Source: a virus (taxonomy: Duplodnaviria; Heunggongvirae; Uroviricota; Caudoviricetes; Herelleviridae). From it: DNA of 64,000 nt. Positions 1 to 8,828 of the stretch are shown here, piece by piece. Made by a program: the position numbers and the translations under genes. The stretch lies in IMG/VR virus record IMGVR_UViG_2706796071_000001, one strand, 5' to 3'. The notes under the pieces were generated by a model. It was not told the DNA's origin. It made no database searches and worked only from the letters and a program-made list of their open reading frames with translations. Numbering within the stretch: the stretch's first letter is position 1; each line of letters opens with the position of its first letter.

Positions 1-4
1 GGAT

Positions 5-496
5 TTGATTATAATGACAAACACAATAAAAGGATTTTTACAAACAGAAGAAGCAAGCACAGTTAAGGACGTAGCAACTCACGGAGTGCAAAGCGGAGCA
101 ATTGGCAGATTAATTTACACATCAGACGTAGTAAACTTTTTTGACCGATACGAGCAGGATATTACAGACGTTATCACTAACTACTTAGAAGGTGTTACAG
201 GCGCTCAGTATTATGACTTGTTAGACTATGAACTAATGAGTGACCTCGAGAACTATGCAAATGTAAACTTTCAACATGAAGATACTTATAGAGAAATTGA
301 ATTCGAACTAGCAGAGGGTATTGCTTCTCGATATGCAGGTTTTGACGAAGAAGATGAAGACATACAACAAGACTTAATTTTTGAAGCATTAGACTATGTT
401 GAAATGGATATTCAAGACATTGACAAAGTGCAGTTTGTTAACTTAGCAGTTGAGATTGTAGCACAGGAATTAGCAGGAGAAAGAGGAGACATCTAA
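5..496 (+). CDS. acidic hypothetical protein. TTG start right at the window edge, so it may be N-terminally truncated.
   Basis: 163-aa ORF, strongly acidic (D/E-rich). No recognisable motifs. Confidence 0.45.
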   Translation: MIIMTNTIKGFLQTEEASTVKDVATHGVQSGAIGRLIYTSDVVNFFDRYEQDITDVITNYLEGVTGAQYYDLLDYELMSDLENYANVNFQHEDTYREIEFELAEGIASRYAGFDEEDEDIQQDLIFEALDYVEMDIQDIDKVQFVNLAVEIVAQELAGERGDI

Positions 497-738
497 GACC
501 CTGCAGAAAGCACATAGAGACACACAGAGAAGCTTAACCGCTTCTCTAATACAATTAATCAGGAGATGTTGAACATGAACACAAGAAGGGTAAACAAAGC
601 GTTAAACGAAGCAGTTAGATTATTAGACAAGCAAATAGCAGACACACAGAAAACAATGCAGGAGTTAAATAACCAACAGATAAGAGCTAAGCAGGAGCTA
701 ATGACATTAGTTGATACTATGACTGGTGATGATGAGTA

Positions 739-1008
739 ATGAACATTAGAGAGGTTCATAATGTCGTTAAGAGTGCAAAGAGCCAACTCCTGCAGGAGCA
801 GAATAATATTAATAATGTAATAATAGATGACTACATCACAGAGGAGCTTCACAGACGCACACAGAGAAGCGGGACAATACAGATGAACAATAACACCGCT
901 TCATATAGTAATGGCTCATATGGTAGCTTAGAAGAGCTTAGAGAAGCTTATGACCTATCTTCATTATCTACTGGTGAGATTAAAGAGCTGATAAAAACAT
1001 TTGTTTAA
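739..1008 (+). CDS. hypothetical protein
   Basis: 89-aa ORF on the same strand as its neighbours. No motifs. Confidence 0.3.
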   Translation: MNIREVHNVVKSAKSQLLQEQNNINNVIIDDYITEELHRRTQRSGTIQMNNNTASYSNGSYGSLEELREAYDLSSLSTGEIKELIKTFV

Positions 1009-1083
1009 ATTCTTTTATCAAAACGCTTTACAATCTTTTAGTTTGTATGATATAATGAACTTAACAAATTAAAAGAAAAGGAA

Positions 1084-1314
1084 ATGATGAACATGATGGA
1101 TATTCAAGAAAGAAAAGAAGAATTGAAAGTATTATTATTTAACTTAGCAATAGAGAAGAACAAAGCAACTGATGAGACACTAAGAAGTGTATTAGAAGAA
1201 GCTCATCAAGAGGTAGCAAATCAATTAAGAAAAGTAAGAAAAGAAATTGAAATTTTAGTCGAAGAAAAAGAAAGAGAATTTTGGAACGATTTAGAATTTA
1301 ATGGTTTAGACTAA
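1084..1314 (+). CDS. hypothetical coiled-coil protein
   Basis: 76-aa ORF with an RBS-like 'aaaaggaaatg' upstream. An intrinsic terminator follows immediately. Confidence 0.45.
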   Translation: MMNMMDIQERKEELKVLLFNLAIEKNKATDETLRSVLEEAHQEVANQLRKVRKEIEILVEEKEREFWNDLEFNGLD

Positions 1315-1345
1315 GAGGGAATAAAATCCCTCTTTTATTTTTATC
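1314..1345 (+). terminator. rho-independent terminator
   Basis: Hairpin agaggga-ataaaa-tccctct followed by a T-rich run. Confidence 0.6.
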
Positions 1346-1469
1346 CTATTATATAATTTTTTTATATTATACGGGGGCAGGGGTAAAATGCCACTCAATG
1401 GGGTGGGTCTATATACCCCTATGGTCTACCCAGGTACTTATTTTTTGGGGAAAATTATGAAAATAAATA

Positions 1470-1600
1470 TTTAAAAGTCAACACCTAAAATATAGAACGT
1501 AAGTCAACACCCTATATTAAAAGTCAACATTATAACCCCTCCCTGTAAGTCAATAATTTATAGTACAAATAGACAACCTCTAAATATAAAGTCAACATAT
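1470..1600. repeat. five direct iteron-like repeats, (A/G)AAGTCAACA(C/T), spaced about 22-42 bp apart
   Basis: Copies read aaagtcaacacc, gtaagtcaacacc, aaagtcaacatt, gtaagtcaataat and aaagtcaacata. They lie between two convergent terminators, and a G-tract-rich segment (1370-1440) sits upstream. Confidence 0.6.
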
Positions 1601-1605
1601 CTAAA

Positions 1606-1638
1606 ATAAAAAAAAAAGAGAGGGAGTTAACTCCCCTC
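1606..1638 (-). terminator. rho-independent terminator for the leftward gene 1642-1932
   Basis: Plus-strand A12 followed by hairpin gagagggagtt/aactcccctc. On the minus strand this reads as a hairpin followed by a U-run. Confidence 0.6.
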
Positions 1639-1641
1639 CAA

Positions 1642-1932
1642 CTAGTTCAATACTCTTCTGTTATTTAACTCCTGCTCAACTGTATTCAAGTGTTCCCAAA
1701 CCTCAATCCAATTTACTCTTGAGTCATCATAATAAAGGTGAAAATCTTGAGGATTTTCTAAATAACAATCTAACTCGTCATAGTATAAAACATCAAAAGG
1801 TATAGTATCTAAACCTAGTTGTATCTTTAGTATATCTTTATATCCTAATTGTTTATTTCCACAGTAAGCTGTATGTTCTAATCTCTCTTCTAATTTATTA
1901 AATAATGTTTGTACGCCTTGTAATTCATTCAT
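1642..1932 (-). CDS. hypothetical protein
   Basis: 96-aa ORF. The RBS aggaggtaatac lies upstream on the minus strand. Confidence 0.5.
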   Translation of the reverse strand: MNELQGVQTLFNKLEERLEHTAYCGNKQLGYKDILKIQLGLDTIPFDVLYYDELDCYLENPQDFHLYYDDSRVNWIEVWEHLNTVEQELNNRRVLN

Positions 1933-2035
1933 AATGTATTACCTCCTAAGTTATTATATACTTAGTATAAAGGATATTAATTAGAATGTCAACCCTTATT
2001 ATACATAAAAAAAGAAGGAAATTAAATCCCTTTTC

Positions 2036-2272
2036 TTAGGTATTATTAACAACCTCTAATTCATGTATAGTAATCATATCCATTCCATAGAAATCTCTTG
2101 GGTCTCCTTTAATGAACTCTTGCTCTCCTCTATGGTTTGTTTCCTCTTTATAACCTTCTTCTTTAATACGTTTAATTAAGTTCTCCTTATCTGTGTATAT
2201 CTTATCTTCTCTAAAATGGAAGTTATCTTCATAAGGTTCACAATTATCATGTTCTACTTGGTATAGTTTCAT
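2036..2272 (-). CDS. hypothetical protein
   Basis: 78-aa ORF. Its start is translationally coupled to the upstream gene (atg overlapping a stop). Confidence 0.5.
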   Translation of the reverse strand: MKLYQVEHDNCEPYEDNFHFREDKIYTDKENLIKRIKEEGYKEETNHRGEQEFIKGDPRDFYGMDMITIHELEVVNNT

Positions 2273-2273
2273 A

Positions 2274-2759
2274 TTACTTATTCTCCTTGATTTCTTTTAG
2301 ATAGTTTTCATAATAAGCTCTTGATTCTTGTGTTAACTTTTCTCTTTCTTCTCTAGACCATTGTAATGCTCCCCAAAATTTTTCATAATTTTCTTTTGAT
2401 AAGTCACCTAATGGACTGCCCTTAGGTAAGTCTTTAGTAGCTTCTTTCCATTTCTTATCTCTTTCTTTTTTAATTTCATCTAGTTTTTCTTGATTACCTT
2501 TAAATATGACTCTTGGTTTGGATAGTAAGAATTCTAGTATTTCTTCATCTGTAAATACCTTTGCATAACTATCTTTCCATGTAGTATCTTCATAAGAGTG
2601 TTTACCTGTATCTTCTAATTCTTTTAACGCCAATTTTGAGTAACCTTTTGCATCTATAAGCCCTCTAGTATACATACTTGCAGGGTCTAAGAATTTTATT
2701 TGGTTCTCATAATTAATAATACTTGTTTCGAATTTAAGTTTGGCTTGTTCTTTGTTCAT
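2274..2759 (-). CDS. hypothetical protein
   Basis: 161-aa ORF. RBS ggaggattaagtATG. Confidence 0.55.
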   Translation of the reverse strand: MNKEQAKLKFETSIINYENQIKFLDPASMYTRGLIDAKGYSKLALKELEDTGKHSYEDTTWKDSYAKVFTDEEILEFLLSKPRVIFKGNQEKLDEIKKERDKKWKEATKDLPKGSPLGDLSKENYEKFWGALQWSREEREKLTQESRAYYENYLKEIKENK

Positions 2760-2771
2760 ACTTAATCCTCC

Positions 2772-3179
2772 TTATACATTTACACTCATGATTAAGTAAA
2801 AGTCATAGAATTTACCTTCATATTGTTCTACATTGTATATATGAGACATTAATCTATAATAATATTCTGCATCATGTGTACCTTTAAACGTTTTTTCATT
2901 AAACTCATTTTTCATTAGATTAACTAACTTGTCTTTAGTTAGTACGAATACGCCTTCACACCATTCTTCAAACTCATCATAATATGTCTCTGCGTCTCTT
3001 AAGAGTAAGTCCATAAAATATCCTGGTTTTCTAAAGTCATCTTCAAAGTTAAATCCTTTATAATAATTCTTTTCTAATATATGTCTATACCTAGCGTTAT
3101 TAATAAAGTGCTGTAAGCCTTTCTGTTCCACTTTTCTATTACTTAATGTCACACCGATTACTTCAAAGTCTAATCCCAT
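2772..3179 (-). CDS. hypothetical protein
   Basis: 135-aa ORF in a tightly packed leftward operon. Confidence 0.55.
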   Translation of the reverse strand: MGLDFEVIGVTLSNRKVEQKGLQHFINNARYRHILEKNYYKGFNFEDDFRKPGYFMDLLLRDAETYYDEFEEWCEGVFVLTKDKLVNLMKNEFNEKTFKGTHDAEYYYRLMSHIYNVEQYEGKFYDFYLIMSVNV

Positions 3180-3610
3180 TATTTTTCCTCCTCTTCATAA
3201 GACCACGTACCATATTCTGCATTATAGTGTGCTGTATCTGCACCTTCATCTTCATATTCTACACTATACCATGCATCCTCCTCTGTTTCTGCATCTATAT
3301 ATCTTACCTCTTCTGTAGTAATAGTACGTTTTACTTTGTATCTCTTCAACTGTTTTTCCTCCTTTATATTTTCCTCTAGTATTTGTTTTAATGTCTGACA
3401 GTCTTTTTGGTCTAGAGTATCCCAACTCTCTAAATTTTGTAATTGGTATAGTAACTCATTTACAATTTCATCGAAGGCTTCTGCTTTTTTATATACTTCT
3501 TCTAGTTCTGTTTCTGCTAATTTTCTATTCCTTTTAATTTGTTCTGCTTTAGCTACTAAGATATGGGCTTTATTCATTTCCTCTATAATAAAGTTTTTAT
3601 AGTTTTCCAT
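3179..3610 (-). CDS. hypothetical acidic coiled-coil protein
   Basis: 143-aa ORF with an E-rich C-terminus. RBS gggagggataaataATG. Confidence 0.55.
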   Translation of the reverse strand: MENYKNFIIEEMNKAHILVAKAEQIKRNRKLAETELEEVYKKAEAFDEIVNELLYQLQNLESWDTLDQKDCQTLKQILEENIKEEKQLKRYKVKRTITTEEVRYIDAETEEDAWYSVEYEDEGADTAHYNAEYGTWSYEEEEK

Positions 3611-3612
3611 TA

Positions 3613-3804
3613 TTATTTATCCCTCCTATTTTCTATCCGTTGTTTTATCTCTTCTCTATTGCGGTGGTGCTCCTTACTCATTTCTTTACGTTCCTTATTT
3701 GTTAACCTTATCCTATAAACAAGGTAGTTAATGTATAAGGTGCCGGCTGACCATAGTAGCAAGAATGATATTAGATAAGTCCATGAGATACTAATTTCTA
3801 TCAT
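3613..3804 (-). CDS. small membrane protein
   Basis: 63 aa. Hydrophobic N-terminal segment followed by a basic tail. Confidence 0.4.
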   Translation of the reverse strand: MIEISISWTYLISFLLLWSAGTLYINYLVYRIRLTNKERKEMSKEHHRNREEIKQRIENRRDK

Positions 3805-4286
3805 TGTGAGTCCTCCTTATATTCTTTATAGCTTTTGATGGCTATTTTACAAATACCTCTATTTACAGCAACAAATACTATAAATGATAATAGTGTTATA
3901 ACTGCTCTTACATCTCCTGTAAAAGGTAATGATTGAAAGAGCAAATAGCTTTCTAAAACACTAATAGCTGTAATAATAGTTAGATATAATATAGATAGTA
4001 AGTAATCCTTTAATCTTAGTTTAACAAATGGTTTTTTGTGCTCATCTGTTCTTACAATACCATATAAAATTATAAACCACATAACAGGTACTAACTGTAT
4101 AATAAAATCATTGTCTACATTTAATGCGTGTAGAGCGTAAATAATAACTGCAGGAATACCTATAATGAATGCTAGAAATACAGAAAATATAATTAACATT
4201 ATAGGAAGGGCTACAAGAAAACCTAGACCTTGTTTTGAATACTCTAATGTGTTTTTACCTAGGAACTTAAAAAATGTTTTATTCAT
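3801..4286 (-). CDS. integral membrane protein
   Basis: 161 aa with about four predicted transmembrane segments. Confidence 0.55.
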   Translation of the reverse strand: MNKTFFKFLGKNTLEYSKQGLGFLVALPIMLIIFSVFLAFIIGIPAVIIYALHALNVDNDFIIQLVPVMWFIILYGIVRTDEHKKPFVKLRLKDYLLSILYLTIITAISVLESYLLFQSLPFTGDVRAVITLLSFIVFVAVNRGICKIAIKSYKEYKEDSQ

Positions 4287-4710
4287 CTTCTTCCTCCCTG
4301 GAATTACTTTCTGTAATTGTAATTTCTAACATATTATTGTAATAATCATTCTTTTGATTGATATTATAGTTATCATTGTATTCATTAAAGTCTACATAAA
4401 TATATTCATTTGCGTCATTTTCATAAATAATATCTATAGCTGTAATATCTGAATATGCTGTAATCATTTCATAAGCGTTCGTATTATCAGGATAAGCAAA
4501 ACCAACTTGAGGTATTTCCATAGGCTTATCAATAAGAATACCGAAATAAGTACAGTGACGTGTTCGACTTATACTTGAAGTCCCTTTATATGTACCATAG
4601 TAATCTATACCTTCTGTAATACCTGATATATGGAACCTGCTTACGTCTTTAGGCTCTAATCTTACAACATCGCAATTCTCTAATACTAAATCAATATATT
4701 TGATATTCAT
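4279..4710 (-). CDS. hypothetical protein
   Basis: 143-aa ORF. RBS aaaggagagttaaaATG. Confidence 0.5.
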   Translation of the reverse strand: MNIKYIDLVLENCDVVRLEPKDVSRFHISGITEGIDYYGTYKGTSSISRTRHCTYFGILIDKPMEIPQVGFAYPDNTNAYEMITAYSDITAIDIIYENDANEYIYVDFNEYNDNYNINQKNDYYNNMLEITITESNSREEEDE

Positions 4711-4723
4711 TTTAACTCTCCTT

Positions 4724-5266
4724 TTATATTAATAATTTTTTCCATTCTTTATCAACCTTTTTAAGTTCTTTTTTATTATAGTCCCCGTCTTTAGTTACTA
4801 CAGTGTTCCATTGGAACTTTTGTAATAAGCTAAAATTATTTATAATCCATATATTACTTTTACTATAATACATATTGTCTTCAAATCTTATATCTTTTTC
4901 TATAAAATATTTATATATTTTATATCTTCTTTCATCTGCACCTGATATTTTAATAATTTCATTAGTATTTAATTGAGTGGATAACTGGAAGATAACATCT
5001 TTTACTTTCAATAGGTCTTTAACATTACCTCTGCCTACATGGTCATTATAGTAATCATATTTAACTTTTTTCTTTTGTTTTCTATCATTAACTACAATGA
5101 ATATATTATATACGATATAAGCTTTAAAATGGGTATAGGTAGTAGGTGCTTCTGAATCATCACATTCTTTTCTTAGGTCTGTACATTGTATTTTTAACGT
5201 AATATTATTTGATATGTTAACTACAGTAGAACCCTCATGTTTTTTATTGAGATTTATCTTATCCAT
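4724..5266 (-). CDS. hypothetical protein
   Basis: 180-aa ORF. Confidence 0.5.
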   Translation of the reverse strand: MDKINLNKKHEGSTVVNISNNITLKIQCTDLRKECDDSEAPTTYTHFKAYIVYNIFIVVNDRKQKKKVKYDYYNDHVGRGNVKDLLKVKDVIFQLSTQLNTNEIIKISGADERRYKIYKYFIEKDIRFEDNMYYSKSNIWIINNFSLLQKFQWNTVVTKDGDYNKKELKKVDKEWKKLLI

Positions 5267-5277
5267 TTTATAATTAC

Positions 5278-5766
5278 CTACTTATTGTAGATACAATGTA
5301 CTCGAACATCTTCCATTACTTTGCCTAATAGATTCTGACCTTTCCAGTTACTTTGCTCTAATATTTTAGGGTCACTTGCTTTAAGACCTACTCCCCATAT
5401 TCTATCATAAGGTGAAGCTTCTACGAAATCTTTACGTACATCTGTGTCTAATATTCTTTGCTTTAGGTGTGTAGTCATAAATTTATCTTTAACTACTTCT
5501 ACCATAATATCATATCTTACTTTATTCCACTGTTCTTCATTAAAATTACGAACTTTACGACCTAAACTTTTAGCATGGTTTGGGTTCTTAGCATTTAGTA
5601 TTTCACCTGCTATTTGAAAGTCATTAAAGTATCTTGCTTTACGCCACATAAAGGCTTGCTCTGAGTTATTAAATGTTCTTCCTTGGTGTTTAAACTTTAT
5701 AGGGTAGAAATTAGAATAAATATCCTCTTTACCCCAAAACATAATATATTCCCTTGTTTCTCTCAT
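5278..5766 (-). CDS. NADAR / YbiA-like (DUF1768) domain protein
   Basis: Family signature present: FWGKEDIYSNFYP ... NNSEQAFMWRKARYF ... AKSLGRKV ... ASPYDRIWGVGL. Confidence 0.6.
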   Translation of the reverse strand: MRETREYIMFWGKEDIYSNFYPIKFKHQGRTFNNSEQAFMWRKARYFNDFQIAGEILNAKNPNHAKSLGRKVRNFNEEQWNKVRYDIMVEVVKDKFMTTHLKQRILDTDVRKDFVEASPYDRIWGVGLKASDPKILEQSNWKGQNLLGKVMEDVRVHCIYNK

Positions 5767-5778
5767 AATATTTCTCCT

Positions 5779-6177
5779 TTAATTCCATAGTGATGGTAAT
5801 ACAATTTTAAAATTATCTAATATTTTACTTTGTACCTGTTCAAGCTCATAATATTTATCCATATCAAAATCATCCATTTCTTTATGATAATATTTTATTA
5901 AGCTTAAAATATGTTTTATCATATCTATTTGTGTTCTTTCTTTGCCGTCTACATCTACAAAAGTATGGTATTCCATATCCACATGGTTACTACTCTCTAC
6001 AAATGCGTTTAAGTCAGCGTATAACTGAATAAAGAAGGACATGTCATAATTCCAATACTTAGGTTCATTTCTACCTAGTTTTTTCTTCATTTTCTTATAT
6101 TTTTTATTCTTTTTTAGCCCAAAAACTTCTTTTTCAAAGTCATTCAATTTAAGACCTTTAAAATATTTTTTCTTCAT
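5779..6177 (-). CDS. hypothetical protein
   Basis: 132-aa ORF overlapping the upstream stop. Confidence 0.5.
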   Translation of the reverse strand: MKKKYFKGLKLNDFEKEVFGLKKNKKYKKMKKKLGRNEPKYWNYDMSFFIQLYADLNAFVESSNHVDMEYHTFVDVDGKERTQIDMIKHILSLIKYYHKEMDDFDMDKYYELEQVQSKILDNFKIVLPSLWN

Positions 6178-6881
6178 TTCTTAACCTCCAATTTAATAAA
6201 TGGAAAATCAATGTCTCTAAATACTGCGCCGACATCACACATTAACATGTCTCCATTAATTTCTACTTCTCCACTGTCAGTTGGTGTATGACCACATACA
6301 TAGGTAAAACCATCTTTTCTAGGTTGAAAGTCTCTTGACCATATTAATTGGTCAATTGTTTGTTCTTCTACAGGCTTCCAACTAACCCCGCCTGAATGAG
6401 AGAATATATACTTGTCTTCTTTATAGTACTTTCTACAATTAACCATAAGTATTTTAAATTTTCTATAGTCGTCTGATTCTTTAAGTTTCTTTAGTTCACT
6501 TTTAATAAAATCATAATTACTTCTTAGGTTTTCTTCTACACTACTATACTTTAAAGTTACCGTACTCACACCGTAAGAGTTAAGTGTTTCTATACAATAT
6601 CTTGAGAGCCATTCAATATCATAGATACTTAATCGGTCTACGTTTTCCATAACATTATAAAACTCATCATCATGGTTCCCTAACAGAGTTACTACATTAT
6701 CATCATTAGACATTAAATCAAATATATAGTTAACAACGTCTTTTGACCTTTTACCTCTATCTACATAATCCCCTAAAAATACTATTGTTTCTTTAGGTTT
6801 TCTTTCATTGTTTATTTTATCCATAATTGTTAATAATTTTTGGTATTCTCCATGAATATCGGGAACAACGTATATAGCCAT
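6174..6881 (-). CDS. Ser/Thr protein phosphatase (calcineurin-like metallophosphoesterase)
   Basis: Motifs DIHG, GDYVDRG and GNHD. RBS aggagg 7 nt upstream of the ATG. Confidence 0.8.
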   Translation of the reverse strand: MAIYVVPDIHGEYQKLLTIMDKINNERKPKETIVFLGDYVDRGKRSKDVVNYIFDLMSNDDNVVTLLGNHDDEFYNVMENVDRLSIYDIEWLSRYCIETLNSYGVSTVTLKYSSVEENLRSNYDFIKSELKKLKESDDYRKFKILMVNCRKYYKEDKYIFSHSGGVSWKPVEEQTIDQLIWSRDFQPRKDGFTYVCGHTPTDSGEVEINGDMLMCDVGAVFRDIDFPFIKLEVKK

Positions 6882-6908
6882 CTAATCTCCTCCTTATTGT
6901 ATATAACT

Positions 6909-6937
6909 ATCTTACCATACTTAGTAAAAAAAGTCAA
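6909..6937 (-). promoter_or_regulatory. sigma-A-type promoter for the phosphatase operon
   Basis: Minus-strand reading gives TTGACT, a 17-nt spacer, then TAAGAT. Confidence 0.5.
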
Positions 6938-6968
6938 TAAAAAAACACCTATTAATTTAATAGGTGTT
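6935..6968 (-). terminator. rho-independent terminator downstream of gene 6981-7535
   Basis: Hairpin aacacctattaatttaataggtgtt, with the U-run on the minus strand. Confidence 0.55.
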
Positions 6969-6980
6969 TATCATTTAATG

Positions 6981-7535
6981 TTATTTTAAAGTATCATTAC
7001 CATGTGCTAATTTTTTATCATCTATTGCATGGTCATTATAAATATATTTAACCTCTATATACTGGTCTTCACTTTTCAGTGCATCTACTATAGAAGCATT
7101 ATTAGTTATTGAGCTTGTTCTAGGGTAAGTAAATTTTTGACCGTCAGATAAAATAATAGTAACATCAACTTCAAAGTTAACAGGTAGTCTGTATCCATAA
7201 TCTTCCAAATAATTAATAAAGTTATTAAGAGAAAATGGTTTATACTTGCCATCTAAGGTATAGTCAATATATTCATTTAATGCATTAGTAAGTTCTGATT
7301 CTGTTAACTCCATTGTATCATAATCTTTTTCGTTATAGAATACTACAACATTAGGTTGTTCTATACTAGAATCTCCGTCTTTATACTTAGATATAAAAAA
7401 TCCAATATTTCCTTTATGCTCTAAATAATCTGCTTTCATAATTTTAAATACTTCTTCTGCTATAGGTTTTGCTAATAGTGTTACCCATTCACCTTTTTCT
7501 GCGTCATAAACACTAGGTAGTACGTTTACCATCAT
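6981..7535 (-). CDS. hypothetical protein
   Basis: 184-aa ORF. Confidence 0.5.
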   Translation of the reverse strand: MMVNVLPSVYDAEKGEWVTLLAKPIAEEVFKIMKADYLEHKGNIGFFISKYKDGDSSIEQPNVVVFYNEKDYDTMELTESELTNALNEYIDYTLDGKYKPFSLNNFINYLEDYGYRLPVNFEVDVTIILSDGQKFTYPRTSSITNNASIVDALKSEDQYIEVKYIYNDHAIDDKKLAHGNDTLK

Positions 7536-7550
7536 TTAAATCTCCTCTTC

Positions 7551-7868
7551 TTAATTTATTGGTTTAAACCACAATTTACTCTTATCACTTGGTTCTGTTT
7601 CACTAACTACGAAAGAGTTAGAATCAATGTTTAAAGTATTAAAAACAATTTCTTGTTTGTCTTCATTACTTTTTGTTGTAAATTCGGGAACATCTGTTAA
7701 TATAGACTCTTTACCATTAATAGTCCATGATATTTTAAAAGACCCTTGGCTATACACTGTATTCGGTGTCAGTTTTTCAATTATAATTTTAGCGGATGCA
7801 CCTGTAATTTTTTCTGAAGATTTTAATAATTTACCTTTGGAATCATATAAGTTTAATGTTCTCTCCAC
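7551..7868 (-). CDS. hypothetical protein (GTG start)
   Basis: 105-aa ORF. RBS aaaggagata 8 nt upstream of the GTG. Confidence 0.5.
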   Translation of the reverse strand: MERTLNLYDSKGKLLKSSEKITGASAKIIIEKLTPNTVYSQGSFKISWTINGKESILTDVPEFTTKSNEDKQEIVFNTLNIDSNSFVVSETEPSDKSKLWFKPIN

Positions 7869-7905
7869 AAATTTTATCTCCTTTACTATATTTTGTACAA
7901 TTAAT

Positions 7906-7936
7906 ATAACAAAAAAACACCTATTAGTTTAAATAG
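7906..7936 (-). terminator. rho-independent terminator ending the tRNA/ncRNA transcription unit
   Basis: Hairpin acacctattagtttaaataggtgt followed by a U7 run on the minus strand. Confidence 0.55.
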
Positions 7937-7939
7937 GTG

Positions 7940-8500
7940 TCCGACAGAGCTCCCGTACTTAGATTACGGTTAATAATATTTTACGACAATTATATGAGAC
8001 CCTCTGTCGTTGAAACTCTTGTCACTGCGTTATTCCACAAGATATTTTAGAAGGTAGCTTGTGGAAGAAGATTGTTTTTAAAGGTACAATTAGCGTTTTT
8101 AAGCCTATTCGATACCCAGGACACTATGTCCGTACTAACTATTACGTCAATAAAGGTTCTACGGTCTCAATTACCTACTCTTTATTGTTAAAACTAAAAT
8201 TAAGCTTGAGTGCTCTAGAAGCCAAAATCAATTAATTAACTATAGATACGGAATGGAGGGGCACTACCATCCGGAGTCTACGGTCAGATACAAAGCCTCT
8301 GCCGGGCAACATACGGTATCTCTCGTACATCAGGTTGACTAGACCTTTAGAGTTTTTCACTCCTTCTCTTATAACCAGTAACTTAAGAGAAATAGGTTTT
8401 ACTTAGTAGATATGAAACAATAAATCCACATACAATATTAAATCATAGTCAAGTGATTGCACATATGTCTAACACCTATAAGTTTTTTGCTAGCCTGGTA
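7940..8500 (-). ncRNA. candidate structured noncoding RNA of about 500 nt, co-transcribed with the tRNAs
   Basis: No ORF of 60 codons or more. GC is clearly higher than in the flanks. There are many local inverted repeats (acgaca/tgtcgt, ttccacaag/cttgtggaa, ggaca/tgtcc) and a repeated 'tctacggtc'. It is bounded by an upstream promoter and a downstream terminator on the minus strand. Confidence 0.35.
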
Positions 8501-8502
8501 TA

Positions 8503-8574
8503 TGGACTCTGCAGGATTCGAACCTACAGTCAAACCGTTATGAGCGGTTGGCTTTACCTTTAAGCTAAGAGTCC
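8503..8574 (-). tRNA. tRNA-Met (anticodon CAT)
   Basis: Folds by eye. Acceptor stem GGACTCT/AGAGTCC, T-arm GGTTCGAATCC, anticodon loop CTCATAA. Confidence 0.8.
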
Positions 8575-8581
8575 TAGAAAT

Positions 8582-8647
8582 ATCCTGAGAGAGGACTCGA
8601 ACCTCAACGACTAGGTAGCTACATCTAGCCAATGCCATTACTCAGGA
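8582..8647 (-). tRNA. tRNA-like element. The cloverleaf is non-canonical; it may be tRNA-Trp or a degenerate tRNA.
   Basis: Acceptor-like stem TCCTGAG/CTCAGGA and T-arm GAGGTTCGAGTCCTC are present. It is only 66 nt, and I could not fold a canonical D or anticodon arm. Confidence 0.35.
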
Positions 8648-8828
8648 TTGCTAGTAACGCTAAATAGAATTATAACGTTACCGTAGACCTTTTCTACGCT
8701 TGGTAGATAGGTAAAATATAATGATTTCAAAATACCCATATAGTCAGGCTCCTACTCTCATTATAAGGTTAAAAAGGCTAACTGTGTTTAGCATTATATA
8801 AGAGGCTTTAGTTAACTACTATACTAAT

